Virus record (IMG/VR): IMGVR_UViG_3300032277_002806
Span: 1 to 36,738 of that record
Length of the DNA: 36,738 bases
Reading direction: 5' to 3' (one strand)
From: a virus
Taxonomy: Duplodnaviria; Caudoviricetes
Shown here: positions 18,355 to 26,313 of the stretch, one piece after another
Numbering within the stretch: the first letter of the stretch is position 1
Layout of the letters: each line of letters starts with the position of its first letter
Notes under the pieces: model-generated
Seen by the model: the letters and a program-made list of their open reading frames with translations, nothing else
Database searches by the model: none
What the model was told of the DNA's origin: nothing
Position numbers and translations under genes: made by a program

Positions 18355-19184
18355 GCCTCCCTCCCGAAGCCAGCCGGCGCCCGGTGCACGCCAGGCGCCC
18401 CGTCTCCCCGATCGCGGTCCATGCCGACGACCTGGGTCAGGTCGACCAGCTCCCCGGTGGCGAACACGAAGCACTCGTTGCCGCCCTTCGGTGCGTCGAT
18501 CCAGGCGTCGGTGAAGCGGGCCTTCTCGGTGTCGGTGAGATCGAGGGTGAGCAGGTAGTCGCAGTCCTTCAAGACGACGTGCCAGCGCGTTGCGGGGTCC
18601 TCCTGTTGGGGGTGCGGGGTGGGCACGAAGTCTTGACCGCGCGCCTGGAGTGCGAACCGCGCCGCGTCGATGGCTCCCCGGAGCGGGTCGACGTCCCGAC
18701 CGGTCCACCCGGTGAGCCCCTCGATCAGCCCGCTGCAGCGTGGCGAGACCACGGCGCGATTCGACTTGAAGAGGTGGTTGATGTCGCGGCAGCCCCGGGT
18801 GATGCCGCCGGGGCTCTTGTAGGGCGTGGTGATCCGGAGTCCGAAGATCTGGAGTTCCTGAACAGGTCGCTCCAGCGCCTTCGCGAACTCCGCCATGAGA
18901 ACGCTGTTCGACTTCCGGCCGCCGGAGTATTCGCTCGCCCGGCTGGCCGTCCAGTAGCCGACGTCACCCCAGCCAAAGCCGTTGCGGGCGAGCATGTCGA
19001 GGATCGAGTCGGCGTCAGGGTGAACCTCGTCGAGGAACCAGACGCGGCTGCCGTCTTTCGACCAGCAGACGAACTGAGCCGACACGCCGTGGAGGATGCC
19101 GATCGAGAGGATGACCTGGACGTCGGGCGGGTCTGCGGAGAGGCGCGCTTCGGTGAAGTCGGTGAAGAATCGGGGGTGGTTCAT
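18351..19184 (-). CDS. Stand-alone, probably inactive paralogue of the TerL nuclease domain plus ~90-aa C-terminal extension (277 aa)
   Basis: Colinear match by eye to this genome's TerL C-terminus over ~180 aa; IGIDHG>IGILHG, VGDR>TASR, KDPIDAARY>RGAIDAARF. Confidence 0.85.
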   Translation of the reverse strand: MNHPRFFTDFTEARLSADPPDVQVILSIGILHGVSAQFVCWSKDGSRVWFLDEVHPDADSILDMLARNGFGWGDVGYWTASRASEYSGGRKSNSVLMAEFAKALERPVQELQIFGLRITTPYKSPGGITRGCRDINHLFKSNRAVVSPRCSGLIEGLTGWTGRDVDPLRGAIDAARFALQARGQDFVPTPHPQQEDPATRWHVVLKDCDYLLTLDLTDTEKARFTDAWIDAPKGGNECFVFATGELVDLTQVVGMDRDRGDGAPGVHRAPAGFGREA

Positions 19185-19225
19185 GGTGTGGTCTCGGAAG
19201 GGGAGACGCTTAGTGCAGGGCTGCA

Positions 19226-20035
19226 CTAAGCGTCCTGGGGGTGAAGGTTGGTGGTCGCGAAGAGGGTGGGCTGCGCATCGCGCTCCAAGGCGTCGCCGTC
19301 GAAACGCAAGCTCGGGAGCACGGCATCGACGTAGCGCACCTCTGGCTCGACACAGACGTACCGGCGCGCCTCGGTTGGGGAGAGGCGCTCGATCGCCACC
19401 GCGGCGCGACAGGTGCCGCCGAAGGGCTCCAGGATCAGGTCGCCGGGGCGGGAGCTGGCGCGGAGGATGCGATCCCAGAAGAGCAGCGGCTTCTGGCAGG
19501 GATGGATCGGGCGGCGCCATGTGCAGTCATCGATCTTGTCGCGACCCGGTTCCGCCTCCCGGGTGCGCTCGGTCTGGAAGTTCCTGTGGTTCAGGGGCCA
19601 GATGTTGTTGAGGCCCTGCGGATGGGCAAACGGGGGCCCGCCGCGAGTGTAGACGCCGCAAACCTCTGTGGAATCCGTCCAGGTTTTCGCGTTCCTCCAG
19701 CCGACCATGCTGGCCGTCGGCGTCTTGTCCCAGACGATCAGCCGCCGGAAGGTCCAGCCGTGCGCGAGCAGGAGCGGGTGGAGGGTCGCCCAGCTCTCCG
19801 CGGTGCCCCACAGGTAGACGGAGGCCGACGGAGCGCAGGCGATGCCCCACGCTTCAACGTGGGGCCGATACCACTCCACCAGGTCCTGCCCCGTCGCCTT
19901 GTCCCACTCGCCCTTACCGAGCCCATACGGGCCGTCGGAGAGGACCAGGGAGACGCTGCCGGCGTCGAGGGTCGGGTAGACGTCCTCGGCTGGCGCGATG
20001 TGGATCTGCCCGCGGCGAAGGGTGATCGAGGTCAT
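19226..20035 (-). CDS. DNA N4-C/N6-A methyltransferase, beta class
   Basis: Motif IV variant SDGPY, IVWDK, HPCQKP, SAM-binding LEPFGGT. Confidence 0.9.
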   Translation of the reverse strand: MTSITLRRGQIHIAPAEDVYPTLDAGSVSLVLSDGPYGLGKGEWDKATGQDLVEWYRPHVEAWGIACAPSASVYLWGTAESWATLHPLLLAHGWTFRRLIVWDKTPTASMVGWRNAKTWTDSTEVCGVYTRGGPPFAHPQGLNNIWPLNHRNFQTERTREAEPGRDKIDDCTWRRPIHPCQKPLLFWDRILRASSRPGDLILEPFGGTCRAAVAIERLSPTEARRYVCVEPEVRYVDAVLPSLRFDGDALERDAQPTLFATTNLHPQDA

Positions 20036-20052
20036 GGGGGCTCCGGGTGGGG

Positions 20053-20838
20053 TCAGGTGGTGGGGGCGGGGCTCAGCGCCGCGGCGAGGGCCTCGCGCTG
20101 GCTCTCCAGGCGGCTTTCGAGTCCCACGCGGGACAGGACCTCGTCGGCCGGGAGGCGAGCGAGCAGGGCCTCCAGCACGGCGATGTCACGGCGCAGCCAG
20201 TCCAGACCCAGCGCGGGCGCTGGGAGCTCGTCCTCGTCGAGTTCGCTGCACTTCCAGCAGTAGCCGGAGGTGTCCCCCGTGGGCTGCCTGCACCCAAAGC
20301 AGGGCGGCCGATCGGGGTCGACGTTGGGGGCGGGCCGGAGGTCGGCGGGGTGGTCGGGGTTCCAGTCCCAGGCCCACATGAAGCCGCAGCCGGCAGCCTG
20401 GGCGGCCTGGCGGTCGCTGGCGCGGTCGCCGACGAAGAGGGTGTTGGGCGCCCCGATCCCTGCGTCGGCCATGGCGTGGAGCAGGAGGCCGGGGGCAGGC
20501 TTCCGGCAGCTGCAGCCGGCGTCTGGAGCGTGCGGGCAGGTGAAGACGGGCACCTCGCGGGGGTCGTCGTTCAGGCGATAGAGCCCCTCGGCGACGAGCA
20601 GGGCGTAGAGCTCGGTGACGATCTCCAGGTGCTCCTCCTCGGTCATGAAACCCAGCCCGACCCCGCCCTGGTTGGTGGCGAAGGCGAGGGCGCCGCCCGC
20701 GGCGAGGTGGGTCTGGATCCGAGCGACGACGCCTGGGAGGAGGGCTTGTTCGCCGATCCGGTTGGGGCAGGGCTGGCCGGGGACGGTGCAGCGACGGACT
20801 GTGCCGTCGAGGTCGAGGATCAGGAGCTGGGGGGTCAT
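20053..20838 (-). CDS. HAD-IIIA phosphatase (GmhB/HisB-N-like) with C-terminal Cys-rich extension
   Basis: DLDGT, TNQGG, CPH...CSCRKPAPG, VGDRASD motifs; extra CxxC...CxxC. Confidence 0.88.
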   Translation of the reverse strand: MTPQLLILDLDGTVRRCTVPGQPCPNRIGEQALLPGVVARIQTHLAAGGALAFATNQGGVGLGFMTEEEHLEIVTELYALLVAEGLYRLNDDPREVPVFTCPHAPDAGCSCRKPAPGLLLHAMADAGIGAPNTLFVGDRASDRQAAQAAGCGFMWAWDWNPDHPADLRPAPNVDPDRPPCFGCRQPTGDTSGYCWKCSELDEDELPAPALGLDWLRRDIAVLEALLARLPADEVLSRVGLESRLESQREALAAALSPAPTT

Positions 20839-21473
20839 GAAGTACTCCGGGTGGTCACGACGTTGTCGTCGGCCTCGAGCTGTGGGGGCTGGTGGACGTC
20901 GATCAGGTGCGCCTGGCCAAGGCGGGCCCGCCTGATCGCCTGCTTCGCCTCCGCGCGGATCGTCTCGCGAACCCAGTCCAGGGGGGAGCGCTTGCCGCCG
21001 ACGCTAATCGTGGAGGTGTCTCGAATGGTGTTGAGGCCGCCACAGGCTGCCAGGGCGGCCTGGACGGGGAACACGCCGTCGGGCCCCAGGACCTCGGCGG
21101 CGATCTCCAGGGCCTGAGAGGTGCGCGTGCTGCGGGGCAGGTACCGCGGGGCGGTACCATTGGAGAGCCGGAGCTGCGGCCCTCCACAGGCAGCATGAAT
21201 AAACCGCCAGACGTCCTCGGGGGTCACCGAGCCGGCGGCCTCGGGCACCAAGGCGAGGATCTGGCCGGGCGTGGGCCAGAAGCGGTGGGTGCCCGAGGCG
21301 AAGGCGTCGAGGGCGGCGGTGAAGACCTCGGGCTCCAGGTGCCCGAGGATCCGCAGCCAGCCCCGGAGGGCGAGCCGGCGCATGGTGGGGTCGGCGTAGG
21401 TCTTGGGGCGCGGGTAGCTCAGCGCCTCCAGGTAGGCCAAAGCCTCGGCGATGTGTTCAGCGCTTAGGGCCAT
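20835..21473 (-). CDS. Helicase loader/inhibitor-like replication protein (G39P/P-position)
   Basis: W..IL....PE....A......RFWPTPGQI motif; directly after initiator. Confidence 0.65.
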   Translation of the reverse strand: MALSAEHIAEALAYLEALSYPRPKTYADPTMRRLALRGWLRILGHLEPEVFTAALDAFASGTHRFWPTPGQILALVPEAAGSVTPEDVWRFIHAACGGPQLRLSNGTAPRYLPRSTRTSQALEIAAEVLGPDGVFPVQAALAACGGLNTIRDTSTISVGGKRSPLDWVRETIRAEAKQAIRRARLGQAHLIDVHQPPQLEADDNVVTTRSTS

Positions 21474-22374
21474 GGGGATCCTCTTGGTGTGGGTTCTCGG
21501 CTTGGAGCTGTTGGAGGTCGCTGAGGAAGCTGGTGTCAGCGCTGGGAGCGGGAGGTGACTCCCCCCGGGCGCGCCGGAGGTCACCCATGAAGCTGTTGTC
21601 GAGGTCGGCGACGGTCGCTGTCTGGGCCGGGCGGGCTTCCAGCGGTGGGGTAGAGTGGCCGCGCTCCTGGAGCTGGGCTCGGAGCTTCAAGCAGGCGCGC
21701 TCTCCGAGGGCTGGGCCGCCTTGGAGACCCAACGGCCCAGGGTCCCCGAACCGAAGCGCGGGCCAGCCGCCAGCCTGGACGACTTCGACCAGGTGCGCCG
21801 TGTCGCGGACGCCTCGCTGGCGCAGGCGCTTCAGCAGCCGACCACCGGCGAGCGATTCGAGATCGGGAGAGAGCTGAGCCGCCGCTCCCGCGGCGCTCGG
21901 GCTGGCGAGGGGGGTAGGGGGGAGAGAGAGATCTTCTTCAGGGTTTTCTTCAGGGTCTTCTTTGGGGGGATCTGAGATCCCGGGGTCCGGGGGATCTGAG
22001 ATCCCGGGGTGGGGGGATCTCAGATCCCCGGGATCTTCTGACCCGGGGATCTGAGATCCCGGGGTCCCCGGGATCTTCTGACCCGGGGGTAGACCACTCC
22101 AAAGGATCTCCCAGAGGGAGAGACGCCCGGGCCGAATCGTCCGGCGAATGACTCCACGCTTCGCGAGCGCTCGCAGCCGGCGCTTGGCAGTGTCCGGATG
22201 CAGATCCGCCATGCGCGCCAGATCTGCGATCGACGGGTAGCAGGTGGTCCAGTCCGCGCCGCCCTTACGCCAAACCACCCGGCGTGTCATGCCGAGTAAC
22301 AGAAGGCGCTCAGCTCCAGAGAGCCCAGAGTCCAGCACCAGGGCCTGGGCCAGGCCTGAGCAGGAAGGGGTCAA
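21457..22374 (-). CDS. Replication initiator (HTH_36 / lambda O-like)
   Basis: CYPSIADLARMADLHPDTAKRRLRALAKRGVI winged helix; internal iteron array. Confidence 0.85.
   Translation of the reverse strand: MTPSCSGLAQALVLDSGLSGAERLLLLGMTRRVVWRKGGADWTTCYPSIADLARMADLHPDTAKRRLRALAKRGVIRRTIRPGRLSLWEILWSGLPPGQKIPGTPGSQIPGSEDPGDLRSPHPGISDPPDPGISDPPKEDPEENPEEDLSLPPTPLASPSAAGAAAQLSPDLESLAGGRLLKRLRQRGVRDTAHLVEVVQAGGWPALRFGDPGPLGLQGGPALGERACLKLRAQLQERGHSTPPLEARPAQTATVADLDNSFMGDLRRARGESPPAPSADTSFLSDLQQLQAENPHQEDPHGPKR
21967..22088. repeat. Iteron array / probable replication origin
   Basis: GGGATCT(G/C)AGATCCC at 21967, 21991, 22014, 22046; CCCCGGGATCTTCTGACCCGGGG at 22026 and 22066; T-rich tract at 21931-21963. 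Confidence 0.8.
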
Positions 22375-22646
22375 GGACAGCTCCCGGCTTCAGTGGCGAG
22401 CCACCGCTCACAGCGTGTTCGGGTCCATCGCTCGCCTCTGTTCCATCGGCTGGCCAGCTTGCGCCGTGAAGGCACGCGGGCCACGCCTTCGCGCCCTCCA
22501 GTCGCCTCCCACAAGGCCACCTGCGCCAGCCAGTAGCGCAGGTCCATTTTGCAAACCCCCTCGGGCAGAGGGGGGCCTGCGGTCTGGAGGGCCGCCATGA
22601 TCTGGACCCAGTCTCGCAGGTCCACTTCGAAGAACGAATCGTCCAT
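22371..22646 (-). CDS. Small HTH-like protein (91 aa)
   Basis: Coupled to both neighbours; PSRRKLASRWNRGERWTR resembles an HTH. Confidence 0.55.
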   Translation of the reverse strand: MDDSFFEVDLRDWVQIMAALQTAGPPLPEGVCKMDLRYWLAQVALWEATGGREGVARVPSRRKLASRWNRGERWTRTRCERWLATEAGSCP

Positions 22647-23233
22647 CAGGCACTCCGCAGGTTCGTGCTGAGCCAGGCGCAGCGCTGGCCGCTCATGCAG
22701 CGGTTGAGCTCCTCGAACGGGATCGCGGCGCTGACTGTCCACCAGTAGTGCCCGCCGCTCCCCTGGCTGCGGGTCGCCTTCGGGTACCACCTGGGGTTCT
22801 GTTTCCAGCGCTCGAAGTTCGCGTGGCAGGCGCGCCGGAGTTCGTCGAAGGGCAGCAGGTAGGCGACCCCGAGCAGGGGGATCGCGTAGACGACGTAGTC
22901 GCAGACCTTGCCGTCATCCAGCGCCCAGCCGATCTGGTGCCAGCGGGTGACCAGACGTCGTTCGGGGTCGAACTCGCAGCGGCTGAACTCCTCGAGCAGC
23001 ACGTCGCGGTAGTCGGTCGAGCGGATCTTCTCGTCGATCCTGAACGCGGGGCCGGACTTCAGGTAGACGATTCGGTCGACCCCTTGGGTCTGGAGAGCGC
23101 AGCGTTCGCTGGGGACGCGCATCGAGGTCAGGTAGTCGGGCCAGATCTGGCGGTAGAGGTCCTCCCAGGCTGCCTCGGAGACAGCGCCGCCCTCCCAGGC
23201 CGCCCGCTCCTGGAAGGAGTAGACGCGGCTCAC
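22646..23233 (-). CDS. PD-(D/E)XK-family nuclease-like protein (195 aa)
   Basis: GTGA-coupled to the methyltransferase; QTQGVDRIVYLKSGPAFRIDEKIR gives D...DEK. Confidence 0.7.
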   Translation of the reverse strand: MSRVYSFQERAAWEGGAVSEAAWEDLYRQIWPDYLTSMRVPSERCALQTQGVDRIVYLKSGPAFRIDEKIRSTDYRDVLLEEFSRCEFDPERRLVTRWHQIGWALDDGKVCDYVVYAIPLLGVAYLLPFDELRRACHANFERWKQNPRWYPKATRSQGSGGHYWWTVSAAIPFEELNRCMSGQRCAWLSTNLRSA

Positions 23234-24834
23234 AGGAGCTCCGGCACAGGCGAGAGGTGCTGCTGTCGTGCCGGTGTCGCGGCCTCCAGCCAGGAGTTGA
23301 CGGCCTCCAGGTAGCGGAGCTCGTCGAGCTCGGCGCCGACGTACTGGCGCTCGGCCGTCCTGCAGGCGCGGGCGAGCGGTGCCCAGCCCGCGTAGAGGTC
23401 GAGCACCCGCCCCCCGACAGGGCAGAAGGTCTCCATCAGCTCGTGGAGCCACCCCACAGGCTTCTCCGAGTGCTGGGTGCGCTTGGAGGCGTGCGCGTTG
23501 GAGGTCGAGCGGATGAGCGGCTTGGGGCTGCCCTTGGTGAACAAGAGCAGGATCTCGCTGTCGCCCCGCCAGTGGTGGCCCGTGCCGAGGCCGCTGGTCT
23601 TCATCCAGGCGCCGCCCGACTTGTAGACCCACCGGAAGCGGTTGGCGTTGGCGACCCGGAAGAAGTCTCGGAGGCGCGGGAAGGTGCACCACATCAGGAG
23701 ATAGGTGTCCTGCTTCGCGCAGTCCCAGGACGCGTCCAGCACGCTCACGATCGTCTCCATGGAGACCGTCTCGTAGTGGTCGGCGGCGCTTCCGTTGAGG
23801 CCCGAGTTGTAGTGCCAGGGGGGATCCGCCTGGACCAGGTCCGCCCCCTCGACCTCGGCGAGCAGGTCCGCGAGGTCTCCGTGGCGCAGGTCGATCTCGG
23901 GCGGGAGCTGGGCGTCGGCCAGGTGCCGGCGCAGGTACTCCAGCCGCTGCTGATCGCGCTCCGCGCGGCGGACAGCCCGCAGCGCCCTCATTTCGCTGGA
24001 GGTCATGGCCGGCTCGGGCTTCTCCTCCTCCAAGGCTGGTACGATCGAGAGGCCGGGCTGGTCGGGGACAGCCTGCTCCCCGTCGACGAACTCGACGGCC
24101 TCCTCCAGCGAGAGCGCGCCGGTCTCGACCTCCTCGACCAGCTCCGGGCTCCCCTCGTCCAGGACGCGCCTGGCTTCCTGGACCTCCTCCTGCGAGACGC
24201 CCAGGGTCTGGGCCACCTTCGCCCGGATCGCCTCGGGGTCGTCCAACTCCGCGGCCTCGCGCAGGCCCTGCTGGATCCGCTCGGACGGGGACGGCGCCGG
24301 CTGGCGGGTCCGCATGTCGTAGACCTGACCGCCCCGCTGGACTCGGCGGCTATCTGCCGTATGCGGCAGATGCGGATAGTCCTCCGCGGCCGACAGCTCC
24401 GCTCGGACTCGGGCGACCATGCCTTCGCTGCGGGGGTGGCCGATCTCTCGGGCGAGCCTGCGATCGGACCACACGGCCCACTCGGGCTGGGCGAGGAGGT
24501 TCTGGATCATGCGGCGCTTGTCGGCGCGGGAGACGGTGGCGACCAGATCGGCGTTGCCCGTGCACGAGATCCGCACGGCCTCGGCCCAGGTCACCTCGTA
24601 GATCACGACGTGGATCTGGTCGCGGCCGGCGCGCTTGTGGGCGGCGTGGCGGTGCCAGCCGTGGGCGAGGTAGAGGACGCCGTCGACGCGCGCCACGTCG
24701 ACCGGGGGGAGCTCGTAGCCGGGCTCAGCGAGCAGCGCCGCCAGGCGCTCGACCTGGGCGTCGTCCAGGACAGCGCGGGCTTGGAGGCGGGGGTCGAGGC
24801 GCAGGGCGTCGGGGTGAAGGCAGGTGGGGATCAT
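23230..24834 (-). CDS. ParB-like N-domain + HTH fused to MT-A70-like N6-adenine methyltransferase (534 aa)
   Basis: LPPVDV...LAHGWHRHAA (ParB/Srx), WSDRRLAREIG (HTH), ADPPW, LLMWCT, HSEKP, VLDLYAG. Confidence 0.85.
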   Translation of the reverse strand: MIPTCLHPDALRLDPRLQARAVLDDAQVERLAALLAEPGYELPPVDVARVDGVLYLAHGWHRHAAHKRAGRDQIHVVIYEVTWAEAVRISCTGNADLVATVSRADKRRMIQNLLAQPEWAVWSDRRLAREIGHPRSEGMVARVRAELSAAEDYPHLPHTADSRRVQRGGQVYDMRTRQPAPSPSERIQQGLREAAELDDPEAIRAKVAQTLGVSQEEVQEARRVLDEGSPELVEEVETGALSLEEAVEFVDGEQAVPDQPGLSIVPALEEEKPEPAMTSSEMRALRAVRRAERDQQRLEYLRRHLADAQLPPEIDLRHGDLADLLAEVEGADLVQADPPWHYNSGLNGSAADHYETVSMETIVSVLDASWDCAKQDTYLLMWCTFPRLRDFFRVANANRFRWVYKSGGAWMKTSGLGTGHHWRGDSEILLLFTKGSPKPLIRSTSNAHASKRTQHSEKPVGWLHELMETFCPVGGRVLDLYAGWAPLARACRTAERQYVGAELDELRYLEAVNSWLEAATPARQQHLSPVPELL

Positions 24835-24853
24835 GTCGTTCTCCTGGGGCGGC

Positions 24854-25267
24854 TCAGGCCGCGCGGTCGCGGGCCAGTTCGGTGTTGAGAAGGGCGACCA
24901 GGGAGCGCAGCTCCTCGCTCGACTCCGCGACCTGGGCATCAGCCTCGGCGCGCTCGTCGGGAGCCAGCGAGGACGCCTTCGCCACGCTGGCCTCGAGCTC
25001 GGCGGCGGCCTCCCGGATCTGGGCGCTCAGCCGCGTCGTGAGAGGAGCGAGCAGCTCCACGCCCTCGCGGAACTTGTCGAGGTGCACGCGCAGGCGGTCC
25101 AGCTTCTCGGAGTACTCGGAGGTCAGCGCCGTCAGGGCCTGGAACTCCGCCGGGGTCAGCGGCTCGCCGCCCTCGACCTTGAGCACGGGCTGGGAGAAGG
25201 GGAGGGAGTTGAGGTCCTCAAGGAGGTGGATCTCGCCGAGGAGGTCGGACAGAGTTGGGGCGGGCAT
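24854..25267 (-). CDS. Coiled-coil hypothetical protein (137 aa)
   Basis: GGAG RBS, amphipathic helical composition. Confidence 0.7.
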   Translation of the reverse strand: MPAPTLSDLLGEIHLLEDLNSLPFSQPVLKVEGGEPLTPAEFQALTALTSEYSEKLDRLRVHLDKFREGVELLAPLTTRLSAQIREAAAELEASVAKASSLAPDERAEADAQVAESSEELRSLVALLNTELARDRAA

Positions 25268-25306
25268 GGGATCTCCATGTTCTGGGGGTGGTAGGTGGGG
25301 CGGCGC

Positions 25307-25627
25307 TCAGTGGGCGGGCGCGCTGACCGTCTCGGAAGGGACTGTGGTGGGGTCGAGGTGCTGGAGGCCGTAGCCGCGGAGGGCCTGAGATCGCTGTTGG
25401 GGGTTCCAAGCGAAGATGTCGGCCATAGCGTTGAGGGCAGACTTCCTGGGGAGGGTTGGCGGTTCTTGGTCCCGAAGCCAGTGCCCGACCGCAGGGCGAG
25501 TGCAGGCGACTCCCAGAAGTTCCAACTCGTCACAGAGGCGCTGGTGGGTCCAGCCCTTCTTTTTCAGCCCTTGTTCAATGAGCCTGGCAATAGTCAAAGC
25601 GTTCCCTCGTATCGGCGTGAGAGACAT
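25307..25627 (-). CDS. Cro-like XRE HTH regulator (start 25627, alternatives 25633/25654)
   Basis: GWTHQRLCDEL...TRPAVGHWL HTH; divergent from repressor; first gene of the lytic unit. Confidence 0.75.
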   Translation of the reverse strand: MSLTPIRGNALTIARLIEQGLKKKGWTHQRLCDELELLGVACTRPAVGHWLRDQEPPTLPRKSALNAMADIFAWNPQQRSQALRGYGLQHLDPTTVPSETVSAPAH

Positions 25628-25684
25628 TATCATTGTCCCTCGTGGAGATAGCATGGGTGGCCCTGTTGAGACAATATCTTTGTA
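25623..25684. promoter_or_regulatory. Operator pair O1/O2 with divergent promoters
   Basis: GACA-TTATCAT-TGTC (25623-37), GACA-ATATCTT-TGTA (25670-84); leftward TTGTCT-18-TATCTC with TG extension. Confidence 0.7.
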
Positions 25685-25709
25685 CAGAAAGAGCCTCTAC
25701 GATTTCAGC

Positions 25710-26129
25710 ATGCTCCCCAAAAGCGTTGCTGCCATTCTCCAAGCCACCCGGAAGACAGCCAACATCCGCCAGGCCGAGCTCGGCCTGAGGGTAGGGGTCT
25801 CTCGCCAGCAGATCTCGAACATAGAGAACGGGCGCTCGGATACAACTATCGGCCGCCTCATGAAGCTTGCGGAGGCCCTTGATCTCGATGTGATCCTACG
25901 GGTGGTTCCTCGGCAACAAGCGCATTTAGGCCAGCTGCTCGCTGGAATTGCCGCTCTCCCAGCAAGGGACCAGGCGCGGGTCGCAAAGCTCGTAGTGGCG
26001 TTGCCGGGGCTCGATCAGCGTTCGGAGATGCTCCTTGATGTGCTGCTGACGCCGGATGAACCAGCGTCAGCACAGGAGCCTCTGGAGGCACATCCTGGTG
26101 TTGAGGGCGTAGTCCAGAACATCGGCTGA
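25710..26129 (+). CDS. CI-like XRE repressor (139 aa), no S24 peptidase domain
   Basis: RKTANIRQAELGLRVGVSRQQISNIENGRSDTTIGRLMKLAEAL is a canonical HTH_3; flanked by operators. Confidence 0.88.
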   Translation: MLPKSVAAILQATRKTANIRQAELGLRVGVSRQQISNIENGRSDTTIGRLMKLAEALDLDVILRVVPRQQAHLGQLLAGIAALPARDQARVAKLVVALPGLDQRSEMLLDVLLTPDEPASAQEPLEAHPGVEGVVQNIG

Positions 26130-26272
26130 GCAGCTCCAGGACTAATGCCAGGGTCTCAGGATCTGCTGTTTTGAGCATTGGGACTATCTGTACGTACAAG
26201 CCAAGCACGTGAGCGTCTGCTTCGTCCGAAGCTAATTCGGTACGATTCCTCACGCATGATGGACGCTTTTTA

Positions 26273-26313
26273 GACAATATCTTTGTCTTTACGGGTGGGA
26301 CAGTGCTATTGTC
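26273..26313. promoter_or_regulatory. Operator pair O3/O4 overlapping a rightward promoter
   Basis: GACA-ATATCTT-TGTC (26273-87), GACA-GTGCTAT-TGTC (26299-313); TTGTCT-18-TATTGT with TG extension. Confidence 0.72.

Noticed and set aside
18351-19184. Decayed terL pseudogene or diversity-generating retroelement template
   Set aside because: The frame is intact and coupled to the next gene, similarity is at protein level rather than near-identical DNA, and no reverse transcriptase is present.
21967-22088. CRISPR-like mini-array
   Set aside because: No unique spacers of regular length and no cas genes; lies in-frame in an initiator gene, fitting iterons.
25416-25709. N-terminal extension of the repressor ORF
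   Set aside because: It overlaps cro and the operators; the HTH begins right after ATG 25710.
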